A stretch of 64,000 nucleotides of DNA from Bacteroidota bacterium (GTDB taxonomy: Bacteria; Bacteroidota; Bacteroidia; Sphingobacteriales; Sphingobacteriaceae), in assembly GCA_040385405.1 (NCBI GenBank), contig JAZKHM010000011.1, forward strand, positions 50,919 through 114,918. The letters are read 5' to 3'. The position numbers and the translations under genes were made by a program. Shown here piece after piece: positions 28,998-38,758 of this stretch (position 1 is the first letter of the stretch; the number at the start of each line of letters is the position of its first letter). Under the pieces are notes generated by a model. It saw nothing but the letters and a program-made list of their open reading frames with translations. It was not told where the DNA came from and did not search any database.

Positions 28998-30065
28998 ATG
29001 AAAATCAAGTATATCGTTTATACCCTTCTGGTACTTCTTTTTGGAGCCTTTGTAGCCTATCGGATCAAAACCAACAGCGAAATAGGGGACGCAGGAGGCC
29101 GGGGAGGCGCGCCCGGGGGAGCGATGGTACCTGTAAACGGGATAGTAGTAGAACCAAAAAATTTCTCCAATTCCCTTTCTGTAACAGGATCATTAGAGGC
29201 TAATGAGCAGATTGAAATCAGATCGGAAGTATCCGGAGTAATAAAGGGACTATATTTCAAGGAGGGAAGTAATGTCAGGAAAGGACAAACCTTGATTAAA
29301 ATAAATGATATAGAATTGCAAGCACAGTTATCTCAGGCATTGACACGTGAAAAGCTTGCTTCAGAAACAGAGCGCAGAGCTAATCTGCTGTTAAAAAAAG
29401 AAGCCATCAGCAAGGAAGAATATGATATAGCTCTGGCGGATAAAAGTACCCTTCAGGCTGCTACACGTTTGATCAGAGCACAAATTTCAAGAACGTTAGT
29501 CGTGGCACCTTTCAGCGGCCGTATCGGACTGCGAACAGTTTCAGTTGGAGGCTATGTTACTCCAGCAACAGTAGTTGCCATTCTCATAAGTATCGATCCT
29601 ATCAAGGTGATATTTTCTGTTCCTGAGAAATACTCCCAGCAGATGCGAACAGGATCCACTATTGAATTTAGTGTAGCCGGTTCAAGCAGAAAGAATACTG
29701 CCCGGGTTTACGCCATTGAGCCGGGTATAAATGCGACGTCACGTACACTTCAGATAGCTGCAAGAGCATCAAATCCGGGTGGCGAATTACTTCCTGGATC
29801 CTTTACAAAAGTTGATTTGCCACTTGCAGTTATTGGGAACGCTATATTAATCCCGTCAGAAGCCATTATTCCTGTAGAGCAGGGTAAAAAGGTTTTTATT
29901 GTCAGAAATGGGAAGGCAGTTGAAGTCCTGATTGAAACAAGCACGCGAACTGAAAAAGAAGTCCTGGTTACGTCGGGCTTGCAGAAGGGCGATACGGTAT
30001 TGACAACGGGTATTATGGCTTTAAAGCCCGATAGTCCTGTAAAAGTAAAAATAACTCCAAACTAA
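28998..30065 (+). CDS. RND efflux periplasmic adaptor
   Basis: N-terminal TM helix, IRSEVSGVI lipoyl-like domain, APFSGRIG, GLQKGDTVLTTG. Confidence 0.92.
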   Translation: MKIKYIVYTLLVLLFGAFVAYRIKTNSEIGDAGGRGGAPGGAMVPVNGIVVEPKNFSNSLSVTGSLEANEQIEIRSEVSGVIKGLYFKEGSNVRKGQTLIKINDIELQAQLSQALTREKLASETERRANLLLKKEAISKEEYDIALADKSTLQAATRLIRAQISRTLVVAPFSGRIGLRTVSVGGYVTPATVVAILISIDPIKVIFSVPEKYSQQMRTGSTIEFSVAGSSRKNTARVYAIEPGINATSRTLQIAARASNPGGELLPGSFTKVDLPLAVIGNAILIPSEAIIPVEQGKKVFIVRNGKAVEVLIETSTRTEKEVLVTSGLQKGDTVLTTGIMALKPDSPVKVKITPN

Positions 30066-30070
30066 TTCTT

Positions 30071-33000
30071 ATGAGCTTATCATCTACCAGCATAAAAAGA
30101 CCGGTTCTGACCATTGTCATGAATTTGGTTCTTGTTCTTTTTGGAATTATTGGGTTTACTTTTCTCGGCATCAGGGAATTTCCCTCGATTGATCCCCCGA
30201 TAATTTCGGTAAGGACCAGTTATGCAGGTGCTAACTCAGACGTCATTGAGTCACAAATCACTGAGCCTTTAGAAAAAGCGCTTAATTCAATTGATGGGAT
30301 TCGTAACATTACTTCCTCCAGTAGCCAGGGATCAAGCAATATTTCCGTTGAATTTACTCTTGACAAAAACCTGGAAGAAGCTGCAAATGACATCCGGGAT
30401 AAGGTCTCTCAGGCTGCTGGAAGTCTGCCCGAGGATATCGATTCGCCGCCCGTTGTGTCTAAACAAGATGCTGACTCTCAGCCGATCATGATCTATACCA
30501 TGAAGAGCGATGTTCGTAATGCCCTGGAATTAAGTGATTATGCCGACAACACCATCGTACCGAGGTTTCAAACCATCCCCGGGGTAAGTAGTCTGCGTAT
30601 TTACGGCGAAAAAAGGTATGCGATGCGATTGTGGATAGATCCAAACAAGCTTTCGGCTTATGGGCTCACTCCTATTGATATCCGGAATGCTTTGAACCAG
30701 CAGAATGTAGAGCTGCCTTCCGGTAAACTTACTGGTAATAATACAGAGCTTGGCATCAAAACAATAGGTAACCTGAATACGGTAGAGGGTTTCAACAATC
30801 TTATACTTAAAACAGATTCAAATCGGATAACCAGGTTTAGTGATGTTGGCGAAGCTGTCCTTGCACCTGAAAACATGGAAAGTGTAATGAGGGAGTCGGG
30901 GACACCAATGATTGGCCTTGCCATCACACCACAGCCGGGAACAAATTACCTGGAGATTGCCAAACTTGTTAATGAACGCTTTGAGCAAATATTAAAAGAG
31001 CTTCCTAAGGATATTGAGCTAAAGCCTGCACTTGACAATACCGTGTTTATTAAAAACTCGGTTATGGAAGTTGCCGAGACAATTTTAATTTCCCTGGTTT
31101 TAGTAATCCTCATCATTTATCTCTTTTTCCGCGACTGGAGTATAGCCTTCAGGCCATTGATTGATATTCCAGTTTCGTTGATAGCGACATTTTTCATCAT
31201 GTACATTTTCGGCTTTTCGGTTAATGTACTTACCCTGCTTGCAATTGTTCTTGCAACGGGACTGGTGGTAGATGATGGGATCGTTGTAACCGAGAATATC
31301 TATAAAAAGGTTGAAGAAGGAATGTCGCCATTTGAGGCTGCGATAAAAGGTTCTAACGAAATATTTTGGGCAGTAATTTCGATTTCCGTAACACTCGCTG
31401 CTGTGTTTCTGCCAGTGATCTTCCTTGAGGGTTTCGTAGGACGGCTGTTTCGGGAATTTGGAGTAGTGATAGGTGCCGCGGTACTTATTTCAGCTTTTGT
31501 TTCTTTAACCCTTACTCCAATGCTTAATGCATACCTGATGAAAGGCGGAGTACAGAAGAAATCTAAGTTCTATAACATGACTGAGCCTTATTTCGTGAAG
31601 ATGACCACAGGATACTCAGACGCATTGGAAAGTTTTATGACCCGAAGATGGGTTAGCTTTCCCATAATCGCGGTGTGTATAGCCATGATTGCCCTCTTTT
31701 GGTTTTCACTTCAGAAAGAAACAGCGCCATACGATGATCGAAGTATGATCAGTGTGCAGGCCAGTGCGCCTGAAGGAGCTACGTTTGAGTATATGGACAG
31801 GTTTATGCTAGACTTAACTAAACTGGTCAACGATTCAATACCCGAAAAAGTTGTCAATATTGGTTATACTTCTCCTGGCTTCGGTGGCAGTGGCTCGGCA
31901 AACTCAGGATTTCTACGAATTGGGCTTTCAGATCCGGGAGAGCGCAAACGGTCACAGAAAGAAATCGCCAATTCCCTAACAAGGATGACCAAAAAATACA
32001 CCTCAGGCAGGGCTTTGGTTACAGAACAACCAACTATTTCAGTCAACCGACGTGGGGGATTACCAATACAATTTATCATTCAGGCACCAAATTTTGCCAA
32101 ATTACAAGAGAAGATCCCGCTATTTTTGAATGAGACTGCAAAAGACCCCACCTTTTCCAATAGCGACGTAAACCTAAAATTCAACAAGCCAGAAATAAAT
32201 GTCAGCATTGACCGTGATAAAGCCCAAAGCCTTGGTGTATCGGTACTTGATGTAGCTCAATCGCTGCAACTCGCGTTAAGCGGTCAACGATTTGGTTATT
32301 TCATCATGAATGGTAAACAATATTCGGTACTTGGCCAGTATGCGAAAAGCGACAGGGATGACCCCCTGGATTTGACCTCCACATTTGTAAGAAATGACCA
32401 GGGACAACTGATTCAATTGGACAATCTTGTATCAGTTAGAGAAATCAGTAGCCCACCACAACTTTATCATAACAACAGATTCCTGTCAGCAACTGTCTCT
32501 GCAGGGTTAGCACCGGGAAAAAGTATTGGCGATGGGATCGATGCGATGGATCGGATTGCAGACAAGGTACTTGACGATACATTTACAACGTCCCTTAGTG
32601 GTGAGTCCAGAGACTTCCAGGAAAGTTCCTCGAATACCCTCTTTGCTTTCGCCTTAGCCCTCCTGTTAGTTTATCTGATTCTCGCAGCGCAGTTTGAAAG
32701 TTTTATAGACCCGCTAATTATCATTATTACAGTTCCAATGGCAGTAGCAGGTGCGTTTTTGTCACTTTGGCTGTTTGGACAGACATGGAATATATTCAGC
32801 CAGATCGGAACTATTATGCTCATCGGACTAGTCACGAAGAACGGAATTCTAATCGTAGAATTTGCAAACCAGCTAAAGGAGCGTGGTATTCCTCTTCAAA
32901 AGGCGATCGTAGAAGCATCAGTAGCCCGCTTACGCCCAATACTTATGACCAGCCTCGCTATTGCACTTGGTGCATTACCTATCGCTATGGCATTAGGCGC

Positions 33001-33190
33001 AGCGGCTAAGAGCCGAATGAGTATGGGAATTGTAATTATTGGAGGGACCTTGTTTTCACTTATACTAACGCTCTTCGTTATTCCGGCTATTTATTCAATG
33101 TGGTCTAAGGAACATAAACAGCTTCCGGATTATGGCGAAGGAGAAGATCCTGAAGTAAAAGAGGAAAAGCTTGAACTTGCCCATTTATAA
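30071..33190 (+). CDS. RND efflux permease (AcrB/MdtF family)
   Basis: GLVVDDGIVVTEN, KNGILIVEFA, ARLRPILMT. Confidence 0.95.
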   Translation: MSLSSTSIKRPVLTIVMNLVLVLFGIIGFTFLGIREFPSIDPPIISVRTSYAGANSDVIESQITEPLEKALNSIDGIRNITSSSSQGSSNISVEFTLDKNLEEAANDIRDKVSQAAGSLPEDIDSPPVVSKQDADSQPIMIYTMKSDVRNALELSDYADNTIVPRFQTIPGVSSLRIYGEKRYAMRLWIDPNKLSAYGLTPIDIRNALNQQNVELPSGKLTGNNTELGIKTIGNLNTVEGFNNLILKTDSNRITRFSDVGEAVLAPENMESVMRESGTPMIGLAITPQPGTNYLEIAKLVNERFEQILKELPKDIELKPALDNTVFIKNSVMEVAETILISLVLVILIIYLFFRDWSIAFRPLIDIPVSLIATFFIMYIFGFSVNVLTLLAIVLATGLVVDDGIVVTENIYKKVEEGMSPFEAAIKGSNEIFWAVISISVTLAAVFLPVIFLEGFVGRLFREFGVVIGAAVLISAFVSLTLTPMLNAYLMKGGVQKKSKFYNMTEPYFVKMTTGYSDALESFMTRRWVSFPIIAVCIAMIALFWFSLQKETAPYDDRSMISVQASAPEGATFEYMDRFMLDLTKLVNDSIPEKVVNIGYTSPGFGGSGSANSGFLRIGLSDPGERKRSQKEIANSLTRMTKKYTSGRALVTEQPTISVNRRGGLPIQFIIQAPNFAKLQEKIPLFLNETAKDPTFSNSDVNLKFNKPEINVSIDRDKAQSLGVSVLDVAQSLQLALSGQRFGYFIMNGKQYSVLGQYAKSDRDDPLDLTSTFVRNDQGQLIQLDNLVSVREISSPPQLYHNNRFLSATVSAGLAPGKSIGDGIDAMDRIADKVLDDTFTTSLSGESRDFQESSSNTLFAFALALLLVYLILAAQFESFIDPLIIIITVPMAVAGAFLSLWLFGQTWNIFSQIGTIMLIGLVTKNGILIVEFANQLKERGIPLQKAIVEASVARLRPILMTSLAIALGALPIAMALGAAAKSRMSMGIVIIGGTLFSLILTLFVIPAIYSMWSKEHKQLPDYGEGEDPEVKEEKLELAHL

Positions 33191-33210
33191 ATGCGTTATA
33201 CCCGATTTTA

Positions 33211-34527
33211 ATGATGAAATTCAAAGGAATAATAATTTACCTGTCTGCCTGTTTTGCTATTACACTAAGCTCGAATGCACAGGAGCGGCTGACACTGGAG
33301 CAGGCGGTGCAGATCGCACTTGAAAACAATTACGATATCAAACTTACCAAAAATGATATTGAAATCGCCAAAACCAATGTCAGCCGTGCTAACGCCGGAA
33401 TGCTGCCAGTTGTAACAGGTAATTTCAGCACTAACAACACAACATCAAACACCAAACAAACATTATCCAGCGGCGTAACTCAGGAAAGAAATGGAGCCAG
33501 GAATTCAAATATGGGCTTTGGGCCTGTGGTGAACTGGCAGGTGTTTGACGGTTTCGGAATGTTTGCCCGGTATGATCAGTTGAAAGAATTGCAGCAATTA
33601 GGTGAATCGAACTTTAGGCTAACTATTCAAACTACGCTGGCGGATGTGATAAATAGTTATTATGATCTGGTCCAGCAGCAGCAGCAGATAAAAGCCTTAG
33701 ATGGTGCTGTGGATATTTCCAGGTTAAGATTAAGGAACTCGCAAAACAGATATACCATTGGGCGTGCGGCCAAATTGGAAGTACTGGCTGCAACCGTCGA
33801 TCTGAATACCGATACAACTAATTTGTTGCGGCAGCTTAATCTTTACAGAGGCACTAAAATAAGGCTTAACGAATTACTTGCAAGAGATATATCTACAGAT
33901 TTCACGGTTTCAGATACAATTATTATAAAGAATCAGATTTTACTTGCAGATCTTCAGAACCGCGCCGCCCAGCAGAATCCGGCCCTTCAATCGGCATTGA
34001 TCAACAAACGTATTGCTGAACTCAACTTAAAACAGGTTAAAGCTTTCCGCTATCCCTCAGTATCACTGAATACAGGATATAACTTCAATAAATCAACATC
34101 AGAACTCGGTTTTGCCCGGAATTCGGTGGGACGTGGTTTGAATTACGGGATGACGGCCTCGATAAATATTTTCAATGGAATGCTCCAGAATAGAAATGAA
34201 AAAAATGCATCAATAGAAATCGACAATGCTCAGCTCGAGTATGAGAAGATCAACCAGAATGTTTCGGCTCAGCTAACTTCACTATATCAAACCTTTCAAA
34301 CTAATCTGGCGCTAATGCGGCTGGAACAACAAAACCTGGAAGTCGCACGACAGAATCTGGATATTACCATGGAGAAATTCCGGCTTGGCAGCGTTGCGCC
34401 GCTCGAATTCAGGGAAGCTCAAAGAAATTATATTGACGCAAGCGCACGTTTCACAAATTCTCAGTACCAGGCAAAGCTCGCGGAAATTTCCCTTCAGGAA
34501 CTTTCCGGCACCCTTTCACTGGACTAG
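33211..34527 (+). CDS. TolC-family outer membrane channel
   Basis: LTLEQAVQIALENNYDI, coiled repeats, operonic with the adaptor and permease. Confidence 0.92.
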   Translation: MMKFKGIIIYLSACFAITLSSNAQERLTLEQAVQIALENNYDIKLTKNDIEIAKTNVSRANAGMLPVVTGNFSTNNTTSNTKQTLSSGVTQERNGARNSNMGFGPVVNWQVFDGFGMFARYDQLKELQQLGESNFRLTIQTTLADVINSYYDLVQQQQQIKALDGAVDISRLRLRNSQNRYTIGRAAKLEVLAATVDLNTDTTNLLRQLNLYRGTKIRLNELLARDISTDFTVSDTIIIKNQILLADLQNRAAQQNPALQSALINKRIAELNLKQVKAFRYPSVSLNTGYNFNKSTSELGFARNSVGRGLNYGMTASINIFNGMLQNRNEKNASIEIDNAQLEYEKINQNVSAQLTSLYQTFQTNLALMRLEQQNLEVARQNLDITMEKFRLGSVAPLEFREAQRNYIDASARFTNSQYQAKLAEISLQELSGTLSLD

Positions 34528-34574
34528 AAGGGATCTTATTTGCTAAAGTCCAAAGATTTAGTATTTTTGATTGG

Positions 34575-34967
34575 ATGAATGCGTATAAATATAAAAATGT
34601 GCTTCTTATTGACGATAATCACATTGACAATCTGATCAATCGTAAAATACTGGACAATGCTAATTACGCCGAAAATATTACCGTCATAGATTCACCCCAG
34701 GAAGCATTCGATTTTCTACGTGAGTCGTTAGCTACAGGAGAAAACATACCAGAAGTGATATTTCTTGATTTAAGAATGCCCGTAATGAGCGGGTTCGAAT
34801 TTCTTAAATCCCTGCTTGAACTTCCTAACCTCAAACCTGAATTATTTAAAATTTTCGTCCTTTCTTCGTCCCTCGATCCCAAGGATATTAACAGAATTAA
34901 AGAAAACCACCTTGTATCAAGGTTTATAGGTAAGCCCCTGACAAACCAGATACTTGAAGAAATATAA
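34575..34967 (+). CDS. Single-domain response regulator
   Basis: LLIDDN, FLDLRMPVMSGFEF, LSSS, KPL. Confidence 0.9.
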   Translation: MNAYKYKNVLLIDDNHIDNLINRKILDNANYAENITVIDSPQEAFDFLRESLATGENIPEVIFLDLRMPVMSGFEFLKSLLELPNLKPELFKIFVLSSSLDPKDINRIKENHLVSRFIGKPLTNQILEEI

Positions 34968-34975
34968 AGATTACT

Positions 34976-35833
34976 ATGTTATTAGTTGCTGACAGCGGCT
35001 CCACTAAAGCCGACTGGATATTAACACGTCCTGATAATCAAACAATCCATTTCAGGACCAAAGGGATCAACCCTTTTTTTTTAACAGAAAAAGACATCAC
35101 CCAAATTTTTCATAATACTCCTGAGATTCAGGAATACGTTGATCAGGTCAAAGAGATTTACTTTTTCGGCGCGGGTTGTTCGAGTCCGGATCGGAGGGAG
35201 AGTATATCAAACGCGCTATCAAAGGTTTTTAAGAACGCATTTGTAAGTGTAGATATTGACATAATTGCTTCTATTTATGCAACCTGCGGATCTTCAGAGG
35301 GAATATGCTGTATCCTGGGAACAGGATCAAATATTTCTTATTTCGATGGCAGTAAAATCCATGAAAGTAAACATGGTTTGGGATATATACTCGGAGATGA
35401 GGGCTCGGGTACTTTTTTTGGAAGAAAACTCCTCACCTCGTATTTATACGGGACCATGCCACGGGAGTTAAGCGATTCTTTTAAGCAGAAGTTTAACGTC
35501 GATAAAGAATCTGTAATTAAGCGAATATACCAGCAACCCTCACCTAATTCATTTCTAGCGTCATTCGCGCCATTTATGAGCGAACATATAAATCACCGGT
35601 TTATTGTAGAATTATTAAGAACCGGATTCGAGGAATTTGTTGAAACCAACATTAAATCATATCCAGATTACGATAAACAGGTATGCCACTTTGTGGGTTC
35701 CATAGCTTTCCACTTTAAAGAAATACTCGTTGAAGTTTGTGAACTTAAAGGTATTCACGTTGGAAAGATCCTAAAACACCCCATCGACGAGCTATCAAGT
35801 TTCATTCACAATAACGGAGTGAAAAGTCTGTAA
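34976..35833 (+). CDS. BadF/BadG-type N-acetylglucosamine kinase-like protein
   Basis: ADSGSTKADW, FFGAGC, ILGTGSN, LGDEGSG, GSIA. Confidence 0.85.
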   Translation: MLLVADSGSTKADWILTRPDNQTIHFRTKGINPFFLTEKDITQIFHNTPEIQEYVDQVKEIYFFGAGCSSPDRRESISNALSKVFKNAFVSVDIDIIASIYATCGSSEGICCILGTGSNISYFDGSKIHESKHGLGYILGDEGSGTFFGRKLLTSYLYGTMPRELSDSFKQKFNVDKESVIKRIYQQPSPNSFLASFAPFMSEHINHRFIVELLRTGFEEFVETNIKSYPDYDKQVCHFVGSIAFHFKEILVEVCELKGIHVGKILKHPIDELSSFIHNNGVKSL

Positions 35834-35837
35834 ATCT

Positions 35838-36164
35838 TTAAGTTAAAGTAATCTCCGGGTTATATGTTACCGAATCCTGGTAGGCCTGACTTAGGTCATT
35901 CACAGAGTTTACTTCAAAATCAACACCCCATGGAGTCCACGAGATAAATCTGAATTTGTCCTCAGCAATTTTCTTCCCGTCCTTAATTCCTTTCGAAATT
36001 TCTTCGTAGATTCCGAAACTGCCTAAGCTATAATAGTTGATTTTGGTTGTTCTGCCATTTACGAGATGCGATTTAACTAACTTAAATCCCATACTCTTCA
36101 TCCAGCTTTTAATTGCAGCTATTTTACTTCGCGCCATGGTCAATGTTTTTTTATTAACTCTCAT
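35838..36164 (-). CDS. Hypothetical protein
   Basis: 108 aa ORF filling the gap, with coding-like composition. Confidence 0.6.
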   Translation of the reverse strand: MRVNKKTLTMARSKIAAIKSWMKSMGFKLVKSHLVNGRTTKINYYSLGSFGIYEEISKGIKDGKKIAEDKFRFISWTPWGVDFEVNSVNDLSQAYQDSVTYNPEITLT

Positions 36165-36555
36165 GCGTCGAAAATCAAGCCAAAATTTAAAATACTTTTT
36201 TACTTTTCTTATAAATGCGGTTTAAATATAAAAAACGAAATATATTTTTTTGAATTTCAAGCTAACTGTATTACAGGACGTTACGTGTGTTAGGAAATAA
36301 ACACACCGCGCTATATAGACTACACTGTTTAATAATAACTGACAGGGCATTTAAAAAACAGAAAACTGTCTTGAAGGTTGGGCAGGTTTATGCTAAAGTA
36401 TAATCATCTGGTTTCTTCTACAATAAAACTCTGAAATCAACCCTGATGATAAAGATTCTTCGTATTTTTGGGCTGTTTAAAGATATGCCGGCTGAAGCTA
36501 TTTTTGATGGATCCCGCCAGGCCAGAATTTCGCAAATCCAATAGAAAATCAAATT

Positions 36556-37035
36556 ATGAATTCAATAAAACTGACACTCGTTTCTACCTTTCTTATAATG
36601 GCAGGAAGTTTCTTAAACGCCGGTGCTCAAACATCACCAAATACATCCAGATCGCTTGACAACAAAAACCTATGGAAAGCAAAAGATCTTCTTCAACCGT
36701 CCGATCTCGTCTCTACTCTAAAAAATAAGAAATCTAAACAACCTGCAATTTTTAATATTGGTGTCGTTGAAGATATACCAGGCGCAAAAAACGTAGGCGC
36801 TGCGAGCAAAAAAGAAAATCTCGATAAACTGAGAGACAATTTAAAAAAACTGCCGAAAACTACAGCGGTGGTCATTTACTGCGGGTGCTGTCCATTCGAC
36901 AAATGCCCTAATATCAGACCCGCATTTAGCCTTATGAAAGAGATGGGCTTTTCAAATGGAAAGCTTCTGAATATCCCGGTTAATCTAAAACAGGATTGGA
37001 TTAACAAAGGTTATCCTATGAATTCCGCCAAATAG
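36556..37035 (+). CDS. Secreted rhodanese-like domain protein
   Basis: Signal peptide; VVIYCGCCPFDKCPNIRPAF...GF, DWINKGYP resembles the rhodanese fold. Confidence 0.7.
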   Translation: MNSIKLTLVSTFLIMAGSFLNAGAQTSPNTSRSLDNKNLWKAKDLLQPSDLVSTLKNKKSKQPAIFNIGVVEDIPGAKNVGAASKKENLDKLRDNLKKLPKTTAVVIYCGCCPFDKCPNIRPAFSLMKEMGFSNGKLLNIPVNLKQDWINKGYPMNSAK

Positions 37036-37297
37036 CCTCGCTTAATTTTTTTTCTTACACAGAATAAAAATAAATTAGATGGTTAATTCATCACCCACAA
37101 ATGTGGAAGTTATTTCCCATAATGAGATTGATGAATAAATAATACCTTCCCAGAAGTCTCATAATGAGATAATAATACTGGCATCAGGCTTGTCTGTAGT
37201 TTAAGTTCTAAAATTAACCCTGGTCCTAAGTATTCCAGCATTGGAAATATTTATTTTTAAACGTGATTTGATTTCAAATATACGTTAAACGGAAGGG

Positions 37298-37708
37298 ATG
37301 ATTTATATAAGAAAACAGATTCTCGTTGTTGATGATGAACTTAGTGTCCACAAGATCCTTAGTAGATTATGATCTAAGGATTATGATCTCGTCATTAAAC
37401 ATAATGGTGCTGAGGCGATCTCCCGGCTTGAAAATGGAAATAATCCGGATTTGATAATTTCCGATCTGGAGATGCCTTACGTTGACGGCGCGTCGTTTAT
37501 ACATAGTTTGAAGGTGTGCACGCAACATTGCAACACACCCTTGATTCTGCTTTCGGGTGCCGAAAAACTGGAGGATATAGTGGAGCGAATGGCTCACAGA
37601 GCAAATTTCTTTTTTAAGAAACCCTTTAGCCGGTCCGAATTTAAATCTTGTATTAGTGCTACGCTTAGCTATAATGTTTCAAACAGCGGGGCAGGAAACA
37701 CGAACTAG
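37298..37708 (+). pseudogene. Response regulator interrupted by an in-frame TGA
   Basis: ATG 37298: MIYIRKQILVVDDELSVHKILSRL*SKDY...PDLIISDLEMPYVDG...LLSG...KKPF; TGA at 37370-37372. Confidence 0.85.
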
Positions 37709-37715
37709 CTTATAA

Positions 37716-38462
37716 TCAATGCGTTGGCTCCATCTTCCAAATCTCATACATCCTGGCGCCTTGCGAGCTGAGCCCGGAATGATGCCAGAGATCCCCCTCA
37801 ACCTTGCCATCGAAAGTGATCGAATTGCCCACCTTTGTACTGTCCTTTGTAAAAAAATCCAGTGTCTCAGTATATTTCCCATTTTCAAAGGTGTAACTTC
37901 CTCCACCAGTGCCAAAAAACTCTTTGGTTTCCGCATTTATAGCGGCCCATTGAAAGCGGGTGCCGCTGAGTATTTTAAAAGTCTTTCTTGCACGCGGGGG
38001 ACTTAATACCACTTTTCCGTCCTGCATCCGGCCGGAACTTCTCCAGGTTCCAACCATGGGGCCTTTCCCGTTATCTAGCATAGTCCAAACTTCTTTACGG
38101 CCATTAATATCGGAAGATAAGCGGTCCTTATTTATAGCAAATGAATATTTTTTGGTCTGACCAATCTCATCTTTATTATTCGGACTGAACTCAATATTCA
38201 CCTCAAGCTCGTTACCTGCATAATCATAAGACCCTCCCCGTGTTTGTATGAGCAATTTCTTTGATTTATCAAAAGTAGTATGCATAAAATAACCGTTATT
38301 AAAAATCAATACCTGCTCAACAGAACCCTGCTGTAATTTCCACGAACCGTTGATAGCACTATTATCTGGACGAGGTCGAAAAGCAAAGCTCATTAGCCCC
38401 GCAATTAACAGGATGAAAACAACCGATTTATACCCTATTTTGATAAATTTTTCCATGGCCAT
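37716..38462 (-). CDS. Secreted/membrane hypothetical protein with two lipocalin-like repeats
   Basis: Signal-like N-terminus; two similar halves (GSWKL...GGSYDY / GTWRS...GGGSYTF). Confidence 0.7.
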   Translation of the reverse strand: MAMEKFIKIGYKSVVFILLIAGLMSFAFRPRPDNSAINGSWKLQQGSVEQVLIFNNGYFMHTTFDKSKKLLIQTRGGSYDYAGNELEVNIEFSPNNKDEIGQTKKYSFAINKDRLSSDINGRKEVWTMLDNGKGPMVGTWRSSGRMQDGKVVLSPPRARKTFKILSGTRFQWAAINAETKEFFGTGGGSYTFENGKYTETLDFFTKDSTKVGNSITFDGKVEGDLWHHSGLSSQGARMYEIWKMEPTH

Positions 38463-38592
38463 TCTTTTATTCTAAAGTTAGGGATCATTACGATTAATAG
38501 CAAGTCCCGAAAGCGGCGTGCTCAGAGGTTTATGCAGGGCGCAGAGATCTAGGAAGCACGGCGTTAATATATCATTCAAAATCCGCGTTAAT

Positions 38593-38617
38593 TACTAATA
38601 ATATTAGTATATATTTG
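38593..38617 (+). promoter_or_regulatory. Palindromic operator TACTAA-N5-TTAGTA abutting a TATATTTG -7 element upstream of dinB
   Basis: 38593-38609 TACTAA TAATA TTAGTA; 38610-38617 TATATTTG. Confidence 0.7.
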
Positions 38618-38758
38618 TATTGAGAATAAGGATTTAAAGTTAGCGGAGTATTTCGAAGAGAACGCTAATTAAACCCTTCTTTGCGAACCCAGGTTCATGC
38701 ATATGATCTCTGCGCAAATCTCTGCGGTAAAAAAACACCTGCCGAAGGCAGCTCACAA

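Noticed and set aside
38539-38730. CGCAGAGAT / ATCTCTGCG inverted 9-mers around the dinB promoter
   Set aside because: Short and far apart; probably a decayed intergenic repeat with no testable structure.
38681-38758. TTG-started extension of dinB
   Set aside because: No Y-family similarity; the domain starts at MDKQIIHMD.
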